Assembly (NCBI RefSeq): GCF_000181795.1
Contig: NW_003526943.1
Coordinates: forward strand, 7,275,566 to 7,339,565
DNA from: Trichinella spiralis
Taxonomy: Eukaryota
Direction: 5' to 3'
Length of the DNA: 64,000 nucleotides
In this document: piece by piece, positions 28,653 to 39,768 of the stretch
How positions within the stretch are numbered: position 1 is the stretch's first letter
How the letters are laid out: every line of letters begins with the position of its first letter
Notes under the pieces: model-generated
Database searches by the model: none
Seen by the model: only the letters and a program-made list of their open reading frames with translations
What the model was told of the DNA's origin: nothing
Program-made: the position numbers and the translations under genes

Positions 28653-30526
28653 CCGTTTACAGGCCGAACTAGTTTCCCGTGTAACAAGTGACTTGATATT
28701 AATGAATTTAACTGTAAATACGTTCACTAAGGCACTGCAAAAGAGTCAGCTTGATTATTTTACGATAAAGTGTTTTTTGAGACGGTTCCCATATGGTAAC
28801 GAAGGCATGTTCTCTGGCGCGTTTACTATTACTCTCTAATAACGTGTTTTACGAGTAATCATTGCGATTCAATGAGCAATAACGTCCTAAAATGTCGATT
28901 TATTTTATTAAATTTTACATTATTTTTAAATATAACAGAATATTTGGAGAAAAAACAATTTCTAATGGACTTAGACTGCTGGTGAACACAGTTACGTAGA
29001 AACGCGATGATACAATGGAAAGCACTTCCTATGCAATCTTTCTCTGCACTCGACACAACGTAGCAGGCAATTTTTCTTACAAACACGACATCGTCCCTGG
29101 GAAATCGGCTCAAGATAATGTTCTTGCGTTATTCTCAAGGTTTCTGGTGGATGAGCTCTTCGTCCAGTCCGAATGGTTAGCTGAGGTTTTGCTCGTAGAA
29201 GATGTGTTGTGATATCTCTTGTGAAATCCAGATGTGACAGGGCAATGGAACTCTCTTGGTGCAATTCCCTGTGTAATCGCCAAGCTGCGACAACAACAAG
29301 GTTCAGTGCATTTGAGAATAAATTCCACCACCACTTTTTTTTATCTCAAACGAGGCCTGTAACTGGACAGCAGCTTATCCAAAATATCTACACCATCCAT
29401 TGATGTGTTGTATCTTCGCACAATTTCCGGCATTCTGATTTTCACGTGCTTCTTTTGCGACTGTAAGTATCGCTGCACTGAGTCGGTTGGGTGATGTGTT
29501 AAGTGATTAGAAGCCAGAGTGACAACGGCGTTGTCGTTCCATCTACAAACATAGACGGTGCCGTTGCATACGTGATCAAAAAAGCCTCTGTGTTTCTTTT
29601 TCACCTCGTCAACCGCATTATCGGTATCTTTCTTGTCCTCGAGTTTTTCATTGTTCCAGTTGTTCGTATCATTTTACCTGAAAGTTTCTCCAGAAGATCG
29701 TATGAGGCAAAGAAGTTGTTAAAGTACAGCTCATGTTTTTCAGGTCTTTCCAAAACTGAAATCATTTCTTCAATGATTTTCATTCCCAGACGCTCACTTT
29801 TTTTTCTCTCATCTCTCCCAGCATAAATCTTCAGCGCGTATGGGTAACCGTTTGCCGATGACATTGTCCATATCTTGTAGCCAAATCTTATTGGCTTACC
29901 ACGTATGAACATTTTGCAACTGTGGCGACCGTAGTAAGGTACCATTCCTTCGTCGATGGACAGCTGCTCATGGAAAATACCGAACTGCCTATGCTTATGC
30001 AACTGTCCAGCAAAAGGAAAGGAAAAACAGCACATGTGACTGTTTTTCTGCTTTTCCCAGATTCCGCTGAACGGGCAAAAGGTCACTTTTGTCTAAGTTT
30101 TCACGTTATATTCAGTGTAGCATAAATTCTATTATTAGGTATGATTATCCATTGTTACCATATGGTAACACATGACTTTAGCACAACTCTCTTCGACGTA
30201 TAATCACTAACGACTGTTTATTTTGTGATGCATAAAAAGGGACCCTTCTGCCTAATAAAAGAAGGCAGCTGTGTAATGCCTCAAGCTATTTGCTGAAATT
30301 TTGTGTTGAAATATCAGCACGAGCTCAAAAAGCTGAAAATTCGCTCTTACTAAAATGACAATAAGTCTACCAATTTTTATTCAAAAAAGATGATATTACT
30401 TTCATTTGAAAGAACTAACTTAAAGGAATTTGAATATGGCAAAATAATTTCCTAGATAAATGAGATTATGTGTCAATAAAGCACCAAACTTTGGGTTACC
30501 ACATGGAAACAATGGCATGTAAACGG
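28653..30526 (-). mobile_element. Defective piggyBac (PGBD2/3-like) DNA transposon with both TIRs
   Basis: TIRs CCGTTTACAGGCC (28653) and GGCATGTAAACGG (ends 30526), 12/13 match. Flanks are TTAG and TGAA, each one change from a TTAA target. Frameshifted transposase 28992-~30000 has LSIDEGMVPY, FIRGKPIRFGYKIW, LYFNNFF, YNTSMDGVDILD and C-terminal Cys-rich RCRVCKKNCLLRCVECRERLHRKC. Confidence 0.9.
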
Positions 30527-30533
30527 TGAAGTA

Positions 30534-30821
30534 CTGATTTCTCTCAATTAACTCCGCCTACTTTTTCTCATTTAAATTTCATTGGCTGTCGCTCAGCTAA
30601 ATTTCATTGGTTGTCAGCCTGATGGGATTCGGTTGCCTAGAGAAGGGATTGCTTAACTCTAAACTGACTAAGCTAACATGACACGTCAGGGACAATAACT
30701 AGGAAAATTCATAAGTGAACACCACGTTTAATTTCAATGAAATTCTGTTTCATGCATCAGAGCAACAACCAATGAAATTCAATGCGAATAAAAAGTAGGC
30801 GGAGTTCGTTGGAGAAATCAG
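30534..30821. mobile_element. MITE-like element with ~65-bp imperfect TIRs
   Basis: CTGATTTCTC..AACTCCGCCTACTTTTT..AATTTCATTGG at the left end is mirrored by CCAATGAAATT..AAAAAGTAGGCGGAGTT..GAGAAATCAG at the right end. Confidence 0.75.
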
Positions 30822-30997
30822 GTCAACTCCCATTCTGTTGCATTTTTATACGACCATTTTTCAACGATCAATCAAATTGTCAAGTGAGACAACAGAAAAA
30901 TATACATTCATTAATAGGGAAAATGGCAGAAGATCGATGGCTTTTTGTTCAGAAATAAAATTTTCTGACTGCAGAGTTAAACGCAGCGTACAACGTC

Positions 30998-31122
30998 ACT
31001 GAAGAGTTTGAATCAGTGAGCAATTAGACAAGGAAAACCAATACGACAAAGATTTGACGGTCCAATAAAATAGCGTGGGCAAAGACCAATAAGAGAAAAG
31101 TGGGACCGAATAAAACCACCCC
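30998..31122. repeat. Half copy (one TIR arm) of the MITE at 39769-40055
   Basis: Near-exact reverse complement of the 39769-~39975 arm (GACGGTCCAATAAAATAGCGTGGGCAAAGACCAAT...GGGACCGAATAAAACCACCCC), with fewer internal subrepeats. Confidence 0.85.
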
Positions 31123-31234
31123 ATATTCTATTTTAGCTCACTCAGCGCGTGCTTAAGCGAACCAAAGTTACATAGTAGCTAACGTAGCTCCAACAATGAT
31201 ACTTGATCCAAGCGCCCACTTTGGCGTAAGAGTG

Positions 31235-34200
31235 TGTAACGAGCCACTCCCTCGGGCAGGCTCGTGGACTTCCTCTACCGCGCTATTGGTGCATTCGTCA
31301 CTAAACGGCGACAGACCGGTATTGACAGGCGGGTTTCCCTTTCTTTCCTATTCGCGCTTTCTTGATGGCATTATAACAATCAAACAACAGTCAGTAAGTA
31401 TAGTTTTTATTGGCGACTGCCAGCAAGGACCGCCAACGATGCGTTACAGCAAGCTTTTTCGACCACACAACAACGACCCGCACAAGTACACCCGTACTAC
31501 CGTACTCCACCTCTGATCTTCAAGTCCAAGTCTGCTTACGGTAGCTTCACCTTTCTTCCGCTACGTCGTATGGAGCGTTGTTAGCGTATGTAGTGTGCTC
31601 CTCTTTTTGCGCCCTACTCCCCACGTCTCAGCGTCCTGCTGCCGGTCGTGGTATACATTCAGGCAGTCGAAATGTACCACCAACCGTTGCCTTCCACCAC
31701 CTTTCTTCTCTACGCGGTATGTGCTTCAGTCCAGCTTTTTCTGGACTTCGTACGGGCTGTCCCAGTAAGCCCCAAGTTCGGTCTTCGTCGGGACTTGCAT
31801 CCAAACACGGTCGCCCGGTTTGTACACAGGTCCATGGGCTTTCTGGTCTCTCCAGAACTTCTGGCGCCCCTGCTCTCGGCCAGCCCTTCCCCGTACCGTC
31901 TCGTAGAGCCGCTCCAGGTCTTGCCGCAGCCGCTGTGTGTACTCTCCTACCGACTGTTCTGGCATGTCTCTCAGGAGGCCGTACACCAGGTCAATCGGTA
32001 GCCGGAGCTCTCTGCTGAACACAATTTGGCTGGGGGTTGCACCCGCTGTGTGGTGAACACTGGATTGATAGGCGAGGAGGACTCCATCAAGGTGGGCATC
32101 CCAATCGTCGGGGTGATCGATGGATGCCTTCGCCAAAAGGTCTGAATTTCAGGGTGCGGTTCATCCGCTCCACCCGGCCATCAGACTGCGGGCGGTAGGC
32201 TGTGGCCTGGGTTTTGGCCACCCCGAACAGCTGGCACACCTCCTTCACGAGTTCAGACTCAAAGTTCCTACCCTGATCAGAGTAGAGCGTCTCTGGCACT
32301 CTGTAACGGCAAAAGATGCCATTCACCAGCGCCGTAGCCACGGTACGCGCCTCCGCGTTTGGCAGCGCAAACGCCTTCAGCCACTTCGAGAAGTAGTCGC
32401 ATACCACTAAGATGTACCGGTTCCCGCTCTGCGTTTCTTCCAGGGGCCCCACTATGTCCATACCCACCCGTTGGATAGGGTAGCCGACCGGAAGGAGATG
32501 CATAGGGACCTGGGGCTTCTTTGTCGGGACCGCCCGTGCAGCGCACGTCTGGCATGCCCTGCACCAGTCCTCGACGTCTTCCCGTTGCTGAGGCCAGTGA
32601 TATCGCTGGCGTACCTTTGCCAGCGTCTTCGTCACACCCAGGTGGACCCCTGATTGGCGGTTGTGGATGGCGGCCAGGATCTCCGGGACCCTCTAGGTCC
32701 GTGCCAATCCCATGCTGCGTTACAGTATGGCTGAGGTATTGCACGCTCTGGCGCATAAGCTGGCACTTCCCTGGCTTAACTTTAAGTCCCACCGCTCGCA
32801 GGCGTGACAACACCTCTTCCAGCCGCTCCAGATGTTCTACCTCTGTCCTACCGAAGACGATGATGTTGTCCAACTAGACGACGCAGGTCTTCGAGGTCAG
32901 ACCTCTCAGAGCGGTCTCCATCAGGCACTGGAACGTTAGCAGGGCGTTGCACAAGCCGAATGGCATAACGCGAAACTGAAAGATCCCAAGAGGCTTGGAA
33001 AACGCGGTCTTTTTGCGATCACACTATGCCACTTCCACTTGCCAATACCCGGACGCCAGGTCCAGTGTGCTGAACCACTGGGCCCCTGCCAGTGCGTCCA
33101 AGGTATCAACTATACGCGGGATCGGCTGCGCGTCCATGCGCGTCACCGCATTCAGCTTGCGATAATCGACGCAGAATCAGTGCGAGCCATCTCTCTTCTG
33201 CACAGGACTACCGCTGAGCTCCATGGTCCTGAGGCCGGTTTCATACTCTTGATCGCAGCATCTCATGAATCAGTTGGTCCATCACCGCCCTTTGTGATTG
33301 CGGGAGGCGGCGAGGAGGCTGTTTCACTGGTCGGGCCCCTGCCGTCTCGATGCGGTGTTGGACGAAATTCTTTCGTCCCAGGTCAGTCTCACCACGTGAG
33401 ATAGCCTTCCCGCACCGCCGGAGTACGCCGCTGAGGGCCCGCTTACCCCGCGGCGAGCACTCCGCCCCGTCCACCAGGGAGCGTCCCCACTCTTCCAGGT
33501 CACCGTTGTTGGTCTCGGGTCCCTCCCTTACGGTCTCCTCCAATGGTACCTCCCAAGGACCTGGCGTAATCCAGGCGCATTCGATGCTGGGACGTGCTGC
33601 TTGGGCAGGTTTGCGGACAATCCGGACCCTAGAGCCGTCCGTCATGGTCATCTCCCAGGCTTGCCAGTCGATCACCTTGACGAACTGGTTGAAGAAGTTC
33701 GTACCCAAAATCCCCGGTACGACCAGGCTCTCCACAACTGCGACGTATATACGTCCTCTCCAGTTTCTGATCTGAAGGGACCACATTCCCTGGCTGCAGA
33801 GGCGCACCTTTCGCCCCTCACATAGTAGGATGGAGCCTTTGGATAGCGCATAGCTCCCATTGGTGGACTTGTGCCATGTTGAGAGCGGTACTATGGAAAC
33901 AACCGCCCCACAGTCCAAAAGGAGTGAAATCTCCAGCCCATTTACTTTACCTGTAACGGACGGTGATTGTCTAGCTTGGATTTCCGTCATTGCCAGGAGA
34001 CGGTGATCCCTGGTTCCACTGCTCGAAGCACGCGCCGACCGGGTTCGGGCCCGTGGCGGGGGATAGTCTCGTCGAAAGTGGCCCAGGCCACCGCACTCGA
34101 AGCACTCCATTGCCCTCCGTGTGGGTTGCAAGTAAGACGGCCGTTTCCCGAGGCAGCATCGTCGACTGTTCTCCGCCAGCCTTCCTCGATCTCAGTTACT

Positions 34201-35044
34201 CTTTCCGCCAACTGGCGTGTCTTTGTGAGAGCCGCCAGCTCCCGCAGGCAGAGCTCTTGATGGAGTTCTTTGGACGCCAGGCCGATGATGAAACGGCTGA
34301 CCAATTTGCTTACTGATTTCCCGGCTCTGCGTCCCATTTCGGCCACTTCGCGTGCGAAGTCTCGGATAGGCTGATCCTTTCGCTGCGCAGGCCACTGAAA
34401 CGCATTTCCAACCGGATCAGAGACTCGCTCAGGCCGTAGGAAGTCAGCAGGCGACGTTTAAGCTCCTGCCAGGAACTGTCCCGTGACGACCCGGGCGAGA
34501 ACAGCTCGCGTCGCACCGCTTCCGTCATAATCAGGCGAGCGCTAGCGGCTTGGTGGGAGGGGGGCACACCAGAGACGAAATGAAGTCTTCGACCGTGTCC
34601 ATCCACTCAGTCAGATCCATTTCCAAGGAAAAGGCAGGGGGTGGACAGTAACAAGCAGTTGCGGCTCCCCTCAACGCCATTTCCCTGACAGACCCCAAAT
34701 ATAACGAGCCGCTCCCTCAGGCAGACTCGTTCACTTCCCCCACCGCGTTATTGGCGCATTCATCACTAATCGGCAACAGGCCGGTACTGACCGGTGGGTT
34801 TCTGGCATTATAACAATCAAACAACAGTCAGGAAGTATAGTTTTTATTGGCTACTGCGAGCAATGACCGCCGACGATGCGTTACAGATAGCTTCTTCGAC
34901 CACACAACGACCCTGCACACGTACACCCGTACTACCGTACTCTACCTCTGATTTTCAAGTCCAAGTCTGCTTACGGTAGCTTCACCTTCTTCCGCTTCTT
35001 TGTCTGGAGGAATAGAGTTGCTAGCTCGGTCTGCGTCCGCTACA
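31235..35044 (-). mobile_element. Ty3/Gypsy LTR retrotransposon, both LTRs present, internally deleted and pseudogenised
   Basis: LTRs at 31235-~31618 and 34700-35044, outer termini TGT...ACA. 4-bp TSD AGTG at 31231-31234 and 35045-35048. Gag zinc knuckle CFECGGLGHFRRDY, protease LLDCGA, RT (MPFGLCN; YLDD decayed to *LDN), integrase (CxxC, RVGMDIVGP, YSDQGRNFES, VERMNRTL). Many stops and frameshifts. Confidence 0.95.
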
Positions 35045-35486
35045 AGTGCGTAATAGCGGAAGTAGGCACTTGATTTTCAGGTACAGTTAACTGTCGTATC
35101 GAGCAGTTTGATTTTAAATTTATCCAGCTCTATGGTGATTTGTATGAACCCTTCAATTACCTAGTTATTTTGGCATAATTTGGAATTATTTATGATGCCA
35201 TTGTTGACTACCAAGATTCATGGCTGAATTTAATATAACTTCGTGAGAAATGTTCTACAAATATTAATTGAAAAATCACTTTCAATTCACCCTAATCACG
35301 CAACATTCTGTTGCACTTTTATGTAAAAAATTTACATTCTTTGAAGGAAAAATGGTGTAAAAACAAACTGTTTCATTAAATCAGATAAATAATTTGTACT
35401 GTCGTTTGTGAACTGTAAAGATGATATTGAACCAGAACCTTAAACATTAGTGATGCATTTCAACAAAGAAGCATCGTTAATGTGTG

Positions 35487-35828
35487 TACTGTGAACAGAA
35501 GTACAGTACACCAGTACTTGATTATCTTTAAAACGGTAATGTTATATGTAGAATCTTTGTGACGTGTGTAGTGGTCTTTGGTGACGTCACGTGTCAGTCG
35601 TGTTTTTACCGTGTGGTCATTTTATTGTATTACGATATTGATTTTAGTGTTTCTTTTGTCCACCCGTTTTGAGTTTGCACTAAATAAACGGTGTGAACAA
35701 TCAACTGGGTTTTGTTGAATCACGTTCGATTCTGCGAGGAAGACAATCGCGTGCGAACAGTTGGAACTGCACCTGAATAAATCAGATACACCTTGAGGAT
35801 AAAGTTGCGCTTCATTGCGTTCGCAACA
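35487..35828 (+). promoter_or_regulatory. Putative 5' LTR of the BEL/Pao element, candidate promoter of the PFK retrogene (3' boundary uncertain)
   Basis: The first 70 bp match the 3' LTR. It contains AATAAA (35683, 35776) and ends at ...GCAACA followed by TTTTG. The 3' limit is a guess from the CA terminus. Confidence 0.55.
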
Positions 35829-36103
35829 TTTTGTTTCTCAGAGGCGTATTTGGTTAATTACATCGAAGCAGCGAGCTTGGCGCGTTTCAAGCTCTTGGAC
35901 ACACCTTCTTGTCACGAGTTGGGCAACAGCTTGGAGTTGTTTACGAAATCTTCAAGTTGAAACGGTTAGCTTGGCGTGATCGACGCAATACCCAAGGTAA
36001 AATTGCTATCCTCTTCGAAGTAGTTGGTTGTGAACAAGGACCGGTTACACGTTCTATTGGAAGAGATTTACCAACTGTGTAGAAGTTCAAAGAACAGATC
36101 TTG

Positions 36104-38644
36104 ATGTCGGAAGAACTTGACAGCGAGACGAATGCACTGGCAAGCAGCACTTTTAGGACGCGGTCAGTGGATATGAGTCTCTCAAAGAATGGCTCTACTG
36201 TAGGATTATCTCCGTCTCTCAAATCAAGTGCGTCGGTTCCGCTCATGGAACGACTGCTGGATGAGTGTTCAAATGAGTTTCCTTTCAAACGCACCAACAG
36301 TGCCATTTGCAGTCTCACTCGCGATAGTGAGCACCTGCGTCCGCATTTGCACAAGGGGCGTGTACTGGCAGTGCTGACATCCGGAGGGGATTCTCCAGGT
36401 ATGAACGCAACGTTGAGAGCAGTGTGCCGTATGGGATTGTATCTAGGTTGCCAAGTTTACTTCATCCACGAAGGCTATCAGGGTATGGTCGACGGCGACA
36501 GATACATAAAAGAAGCAACTTGGAACAGTGTTAGTGATATAATTCAAAAAAGTGGAACTATCATCGGCAGTGCACGTTCGAAAGATTTTCAAACAAGACA
36601 GGGTCGTCTGAAGGCTGCGGAAAATTTAATGAAACGCAGCATCACAAATTTGGTCTGCATTGGCGGCGATGGCAGTTTGACAGGTGCGAACACATTTCGC
36701 CAAGAATGGCCGGAATTGTTAGGCGAATTGGTCGAGAGTGGTCGCATTAGCGCAGAAAAAGCCAAACAATTTCCCAACATCAACATCGTCGGATTGGTTG
36801 GTTCGATTGATAATGATTTCTGCGGAACCGACATGACCATCGGTACGGACACCGCTTTGCACCGAATCATCGAAGCTGTCGATGCCGTTCAATCTACTGC
36901 CCAAAGTCATCAACGATCTTTTGTGATCGAAGTTATGGGACGACATTGTGGTTATTTGGCATTGGTGGCCGCGTTGGCTTCTGAAGCAGATTGGGCTTTC
37001 ATTCCTGAATGGCCACCGCCGGCTGATTGGCGCGATATTTTCTGCACCCGCATGCAACAAGCTCGAGAACAAGGACAACGAGTGAATATTATTATTTGTG
37101 CAGAAGGAGCGGTCGACCGTGACGGCAATCCAATTACAAGCAATATGATTCGAAATTTGATCGTCGATCGTCTACACTACGATACCAGAGTGACCGTTTT
37201 AGGTCACGTACAGCGTGGTGGCAATCCGTCCGCGTTTGATCGTCTGCTTGGAAGTCGCATGGGCGCTGAAGCGGTTTTGGCGTTGATGGACACTTCCCAG
37301 GATGCAGAATCTTGTGTTATTGCATTGGACGGCAATTCTATCGTCCGTGTACCTCTGATGCAGTGTGTCGAACGTACTCAGCTTGTACAAAAGGCGATGA
37401 AAGAAAAGAACTGGGAATTGGCGGTCAAGTTGCGAGGTCGAAGTTTCCAAAGAAACTTAGAAACGTACAAGTTGTTGGCAAAGTTGCGCCCGCTGACCGA
37501 AAAGGGAAATCTGAGCGGTGGTCACATTTTCACGCTAGCTGTGATGAACGTCGGCGCCCCTGCTTGCGGCATGAACGCGGCCGTGAGATCCTTTGTTCGC
37601 AACGCCCTTTGCCACAATTGCAGGGTGTTGGCCGTGAAAGATTCATTCGAAGGTTTAGTGAAAGGCAACGTGCAGGAGATGAATTGGTGCGACGTGAGCA
37701 ATTGGTCCATGTTTGGCGGTTCATTTTTGGGAACGCAGAAGTTGTTGCCGACTAAAAATATCGAAAAGGTGGTCGAACAGTTGCGCCATTTTAAAATCGA
37801 CGGTCTCTTTTTGATCGGAGGTTTCGAGGCTTTTCATTCGTGCTTAATCATGGCTGAAAATCGTGACAAATACAAAGAATTTTGCATCCCAATGATGGTT
37901 TTGCCATGTACCATCAGTAACAACGTCCCCGGAACCAGTTTTTCTGTTGGCTCTGATACAGCGTTGAATGAAATTTGCAATTTGATTGATAAAGTGAAGC
38001 AGTCAGCTACTGGAACAAAACGGCGCGTGTTCATCGTGGAAACAATGGGCGGTTATTGTGGTTATTTAGCAACGTTGTCCGCTTTGGCATCAGGAGCTGA
38101 CAACGCGTACATTTTCGAAGAACCTTTCACTGTCGATGATATTAAAGAGGATGTACGCGTAATTGCGCAGAAAATGGTCAAAGGTGTTCAGCGTTACATC
38201 ATCATGCGCAGTGAAAATGCCAATCCAAATTACACAACCCAGTTCATCATGCAACTCTTCAGTGAAGAAGGCAAAGGTGAGTTCAGCACTCGTATAAATA
38301 TTTTAGGACACGCCCAACAAGGTGGAAGTGCCACACCGTTTGATCGCAACTTGGCTACTCGAATGGCTGCGCATGCGGTGGAATTTTTGGTTGGCAAATG
38401 TCAAGAATTTTTTCAACCCCACAACGGCCATGTTTTCACCAACACACCTGATTCGGCCGTATTGCTCGGCATTCAAGCACATCGATCTCAAGCGACGCCG
38501 ATTCAAGAAATAAAAGAGAAGAGCGATTTTGTTCATCGTTTGCCAACGGAACAGTGGTGGCTGAAGCTGCGACCGTTGCTTCGCATTTTAGCCAAACACG
38601 ACAGCATATACGAAATGTCGGCCGTGAGGAAGGACTTGAAATGA
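36104..38644 (+). CDS. PFK: ATP-dependent 6-phosphofructokinase, eukaryotic tandem-domain type, intronless
   Basis: One uninterrupted 846-codon ORF (first ATG 36104). Motifs [45 protein letters not shown] and LGHVQRGG, plus regulatory half [24 protein letters not shown] and [14 protein letters not shown]. Confidence 0.98.
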   Translation: MSEELDSETNALASSTFRTRSVDMSLSKNGSTVGLSPSLKSSASVPLMERLLDECSNEFPFKRTNSAICSLTRDSEHLRPHLHKGRVLAVLTSGGDSPGMNATLRAVCRMGLYLGCQVYFIHEGYQGMVDGDRYIKEATWNSVSDIIQKSGTIIGSARSKDFQTRQGRLKAAENLMKRSITNLVCIGGDGSLTGANTFRQEWPELLGELVESGRISAEKAKQFPNINIVGLVGSIDNDFCGTDMTIGTDTALHRIIEAVDAVQSTAQSHQRSFVIEVMGRHCGYLALVAALASEADWAFIPEWPPPADWRDIFCTRMQQAREQGQRVNIIICAEGAVDRDGNPITSNMIRNLIVDRLHYDTRVTVLGHVQRGGNPSAFDRLLGSRMGAEAVLALMDTSQDAESCVIALDGNSIVRVPLMQCVERTQLVQKAMKEKNWELAVKLRGRSFQRNLETYKLLAKLRPLTEKGNLSGGHIFTLAVMNVGAPACGMNAAVRSFVRNALCHNCRVLAVKDSFEGLVKGNVQEMNWCDVSNWSMFGGSFLGTQKLLPTKNIEKVVEQLRHFKIDGLFLIGGFEAFHSCLIMAENRDKYKEFCIPMMVLPCTISNNVPGTSFSVGSDTALNEICNLIDKVKQSATGTKRRVFIVETMGGYCGYLATLSALASGADNAYIFEEPFTVDDIKEDVRVIAQKMVKGVQRYIIMRSENANPNYTTQFIMQLFSEEGKGEFSTRINILGHAQQGGSATPFDRNLATRMAAHAVEFLVGKCQEFFQPHNGHVFTNTPDSAVLLGIQAHRSQATPIQEIKEKSDFVHRLPTEQWWLKLRPLLRILAKHDSIYEMSAVRKDLK

Positions 38645-39137
38645 TGGTCACTTTTGTTCTATTCTCTAGCCTAGTGTGAACAATAATGATTATTATTCTA
38701 GTTTGATTGATAATAATAATAATAATATGATCTTTATGGATGGAAACTGGCCTCTAAAAATTAATCCATGTAGTAGGAATTCACTTTTTTATTCAATAAT
38801 TACTTTTTTTCTTCCATTTCTAAAACAATTTTCTAGTTCTCCCCCTTCCTCTCTATTCTTTCTATGAAAATTTTCATATAATCTGTAGTCAACAGCAGCA
38901 TGATGTTATACAATTTAAGCAGCTGCAAAATGATGGATGCCATCCATCAGTTTGATGCCATTTTCCACTTTCACATATTTAGATTCAGGATGCATCAAAA
39001 GAAGAGCGACTGACTTTGTTTTGTCTGCTCTATATGAATTCATTATTCACTGCGTAAAGCACTACAGATTGAATATTCTTTTTTCTCATTATCCCGTAAA
39101 AGTTTGTCTAAATAAATAAATAAATATGTATGTACGC

Positions 39138-39671
39138 ATATGGAAAGCAGTAAAGTATGCTCAGCAGGACAGACGCAGAGGAACTAGAGACAGTCCTTTC
39201 TGAAATCGAAGCCAGGATAAACAATCGACCTTTGATGATCATGAGTGACTGTGCCGATAACGACTTGGCATTGACTCCTGCGTATTTCTTGATCGAGAAA
39301 GAATTATCGCCACTCCCAGACCGTGATAGCGCGTCCGGAAGACGATAGCAATCTGAAGCGATTGCACTGGTAATGGCAATACCAGCGAAGCTGGTGGAGC
39401 ACCTCTGGACGCATTGGAAGAGAGAGTATCTGGTAACTCTGCCTAACAGAGGAAAGTGGAGGAAACTCAGAAAAGAACCACAAGTAGGAGACATGATGTT
39501 GATCATGGAATAAAACCATCCTTGGTACTGATGGTTACTCAGGAGAATCCTTGAGCTGCACCTAAGCCATGATGGTAATACCTGCTCTGCTTAAGTAAAA
39601 ACCACCAGGGCAACCGTAATCTGGTCAGTGCGATTACTGATCACGTTGGAATCCGCAGGAAGATCGTTATA
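39138..39671 (+). pseudogene. BEL/Pao integrase C-terminal remnant
   Basis: EELETVLSEIEARINNRPL..LALTPAYFLI, then LWTHWKREYLVTLPNRGKWRK..EPQVGDMMLI..W..RRILELHLSHDG, with several in-frame stops. Confidence 0.9.
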
Positions 39672-39768
39672 GGCTCTGCCTATCACCTGGGGGGAGGATG
39701 CTGTAAACAGAAGTACAGTACACTAATACCTGATTATCTTAAAGACGGTAACGATATTTGTAAAATCT

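Larger units (their letters stand above)
35487..39768 (+). mobile_element. Decayed BEL/Pao LTR retrotransposon skeleton enclosing the PFK gene
   Basis: Direct repeats 35487-35556 and 39699-39768 (59/70 identical, ungapped). The second copy starts TG immediately after the purine tract GGGGGGAGGA (39689-39698). Between them lie a stop-riddled Pao-type integrase C-terminus and, at the 5' side, a gag-like remnant. Confidence 0.85.

Noticed and set aside
31196..34979. Many plus-strand ORFs over the Gypsy element
   Set aside because: Shadow frames of GC-rich minus-strand gag-pol sequence.
36104..38644. Bacterial origin (HGT or contamination) for the intronless PFK
   Set aside because: It has the eukaryotic two-half ~850-aa architecture and a nematode-like N-terminal extension; bacterial PfkA is ~320 aa.
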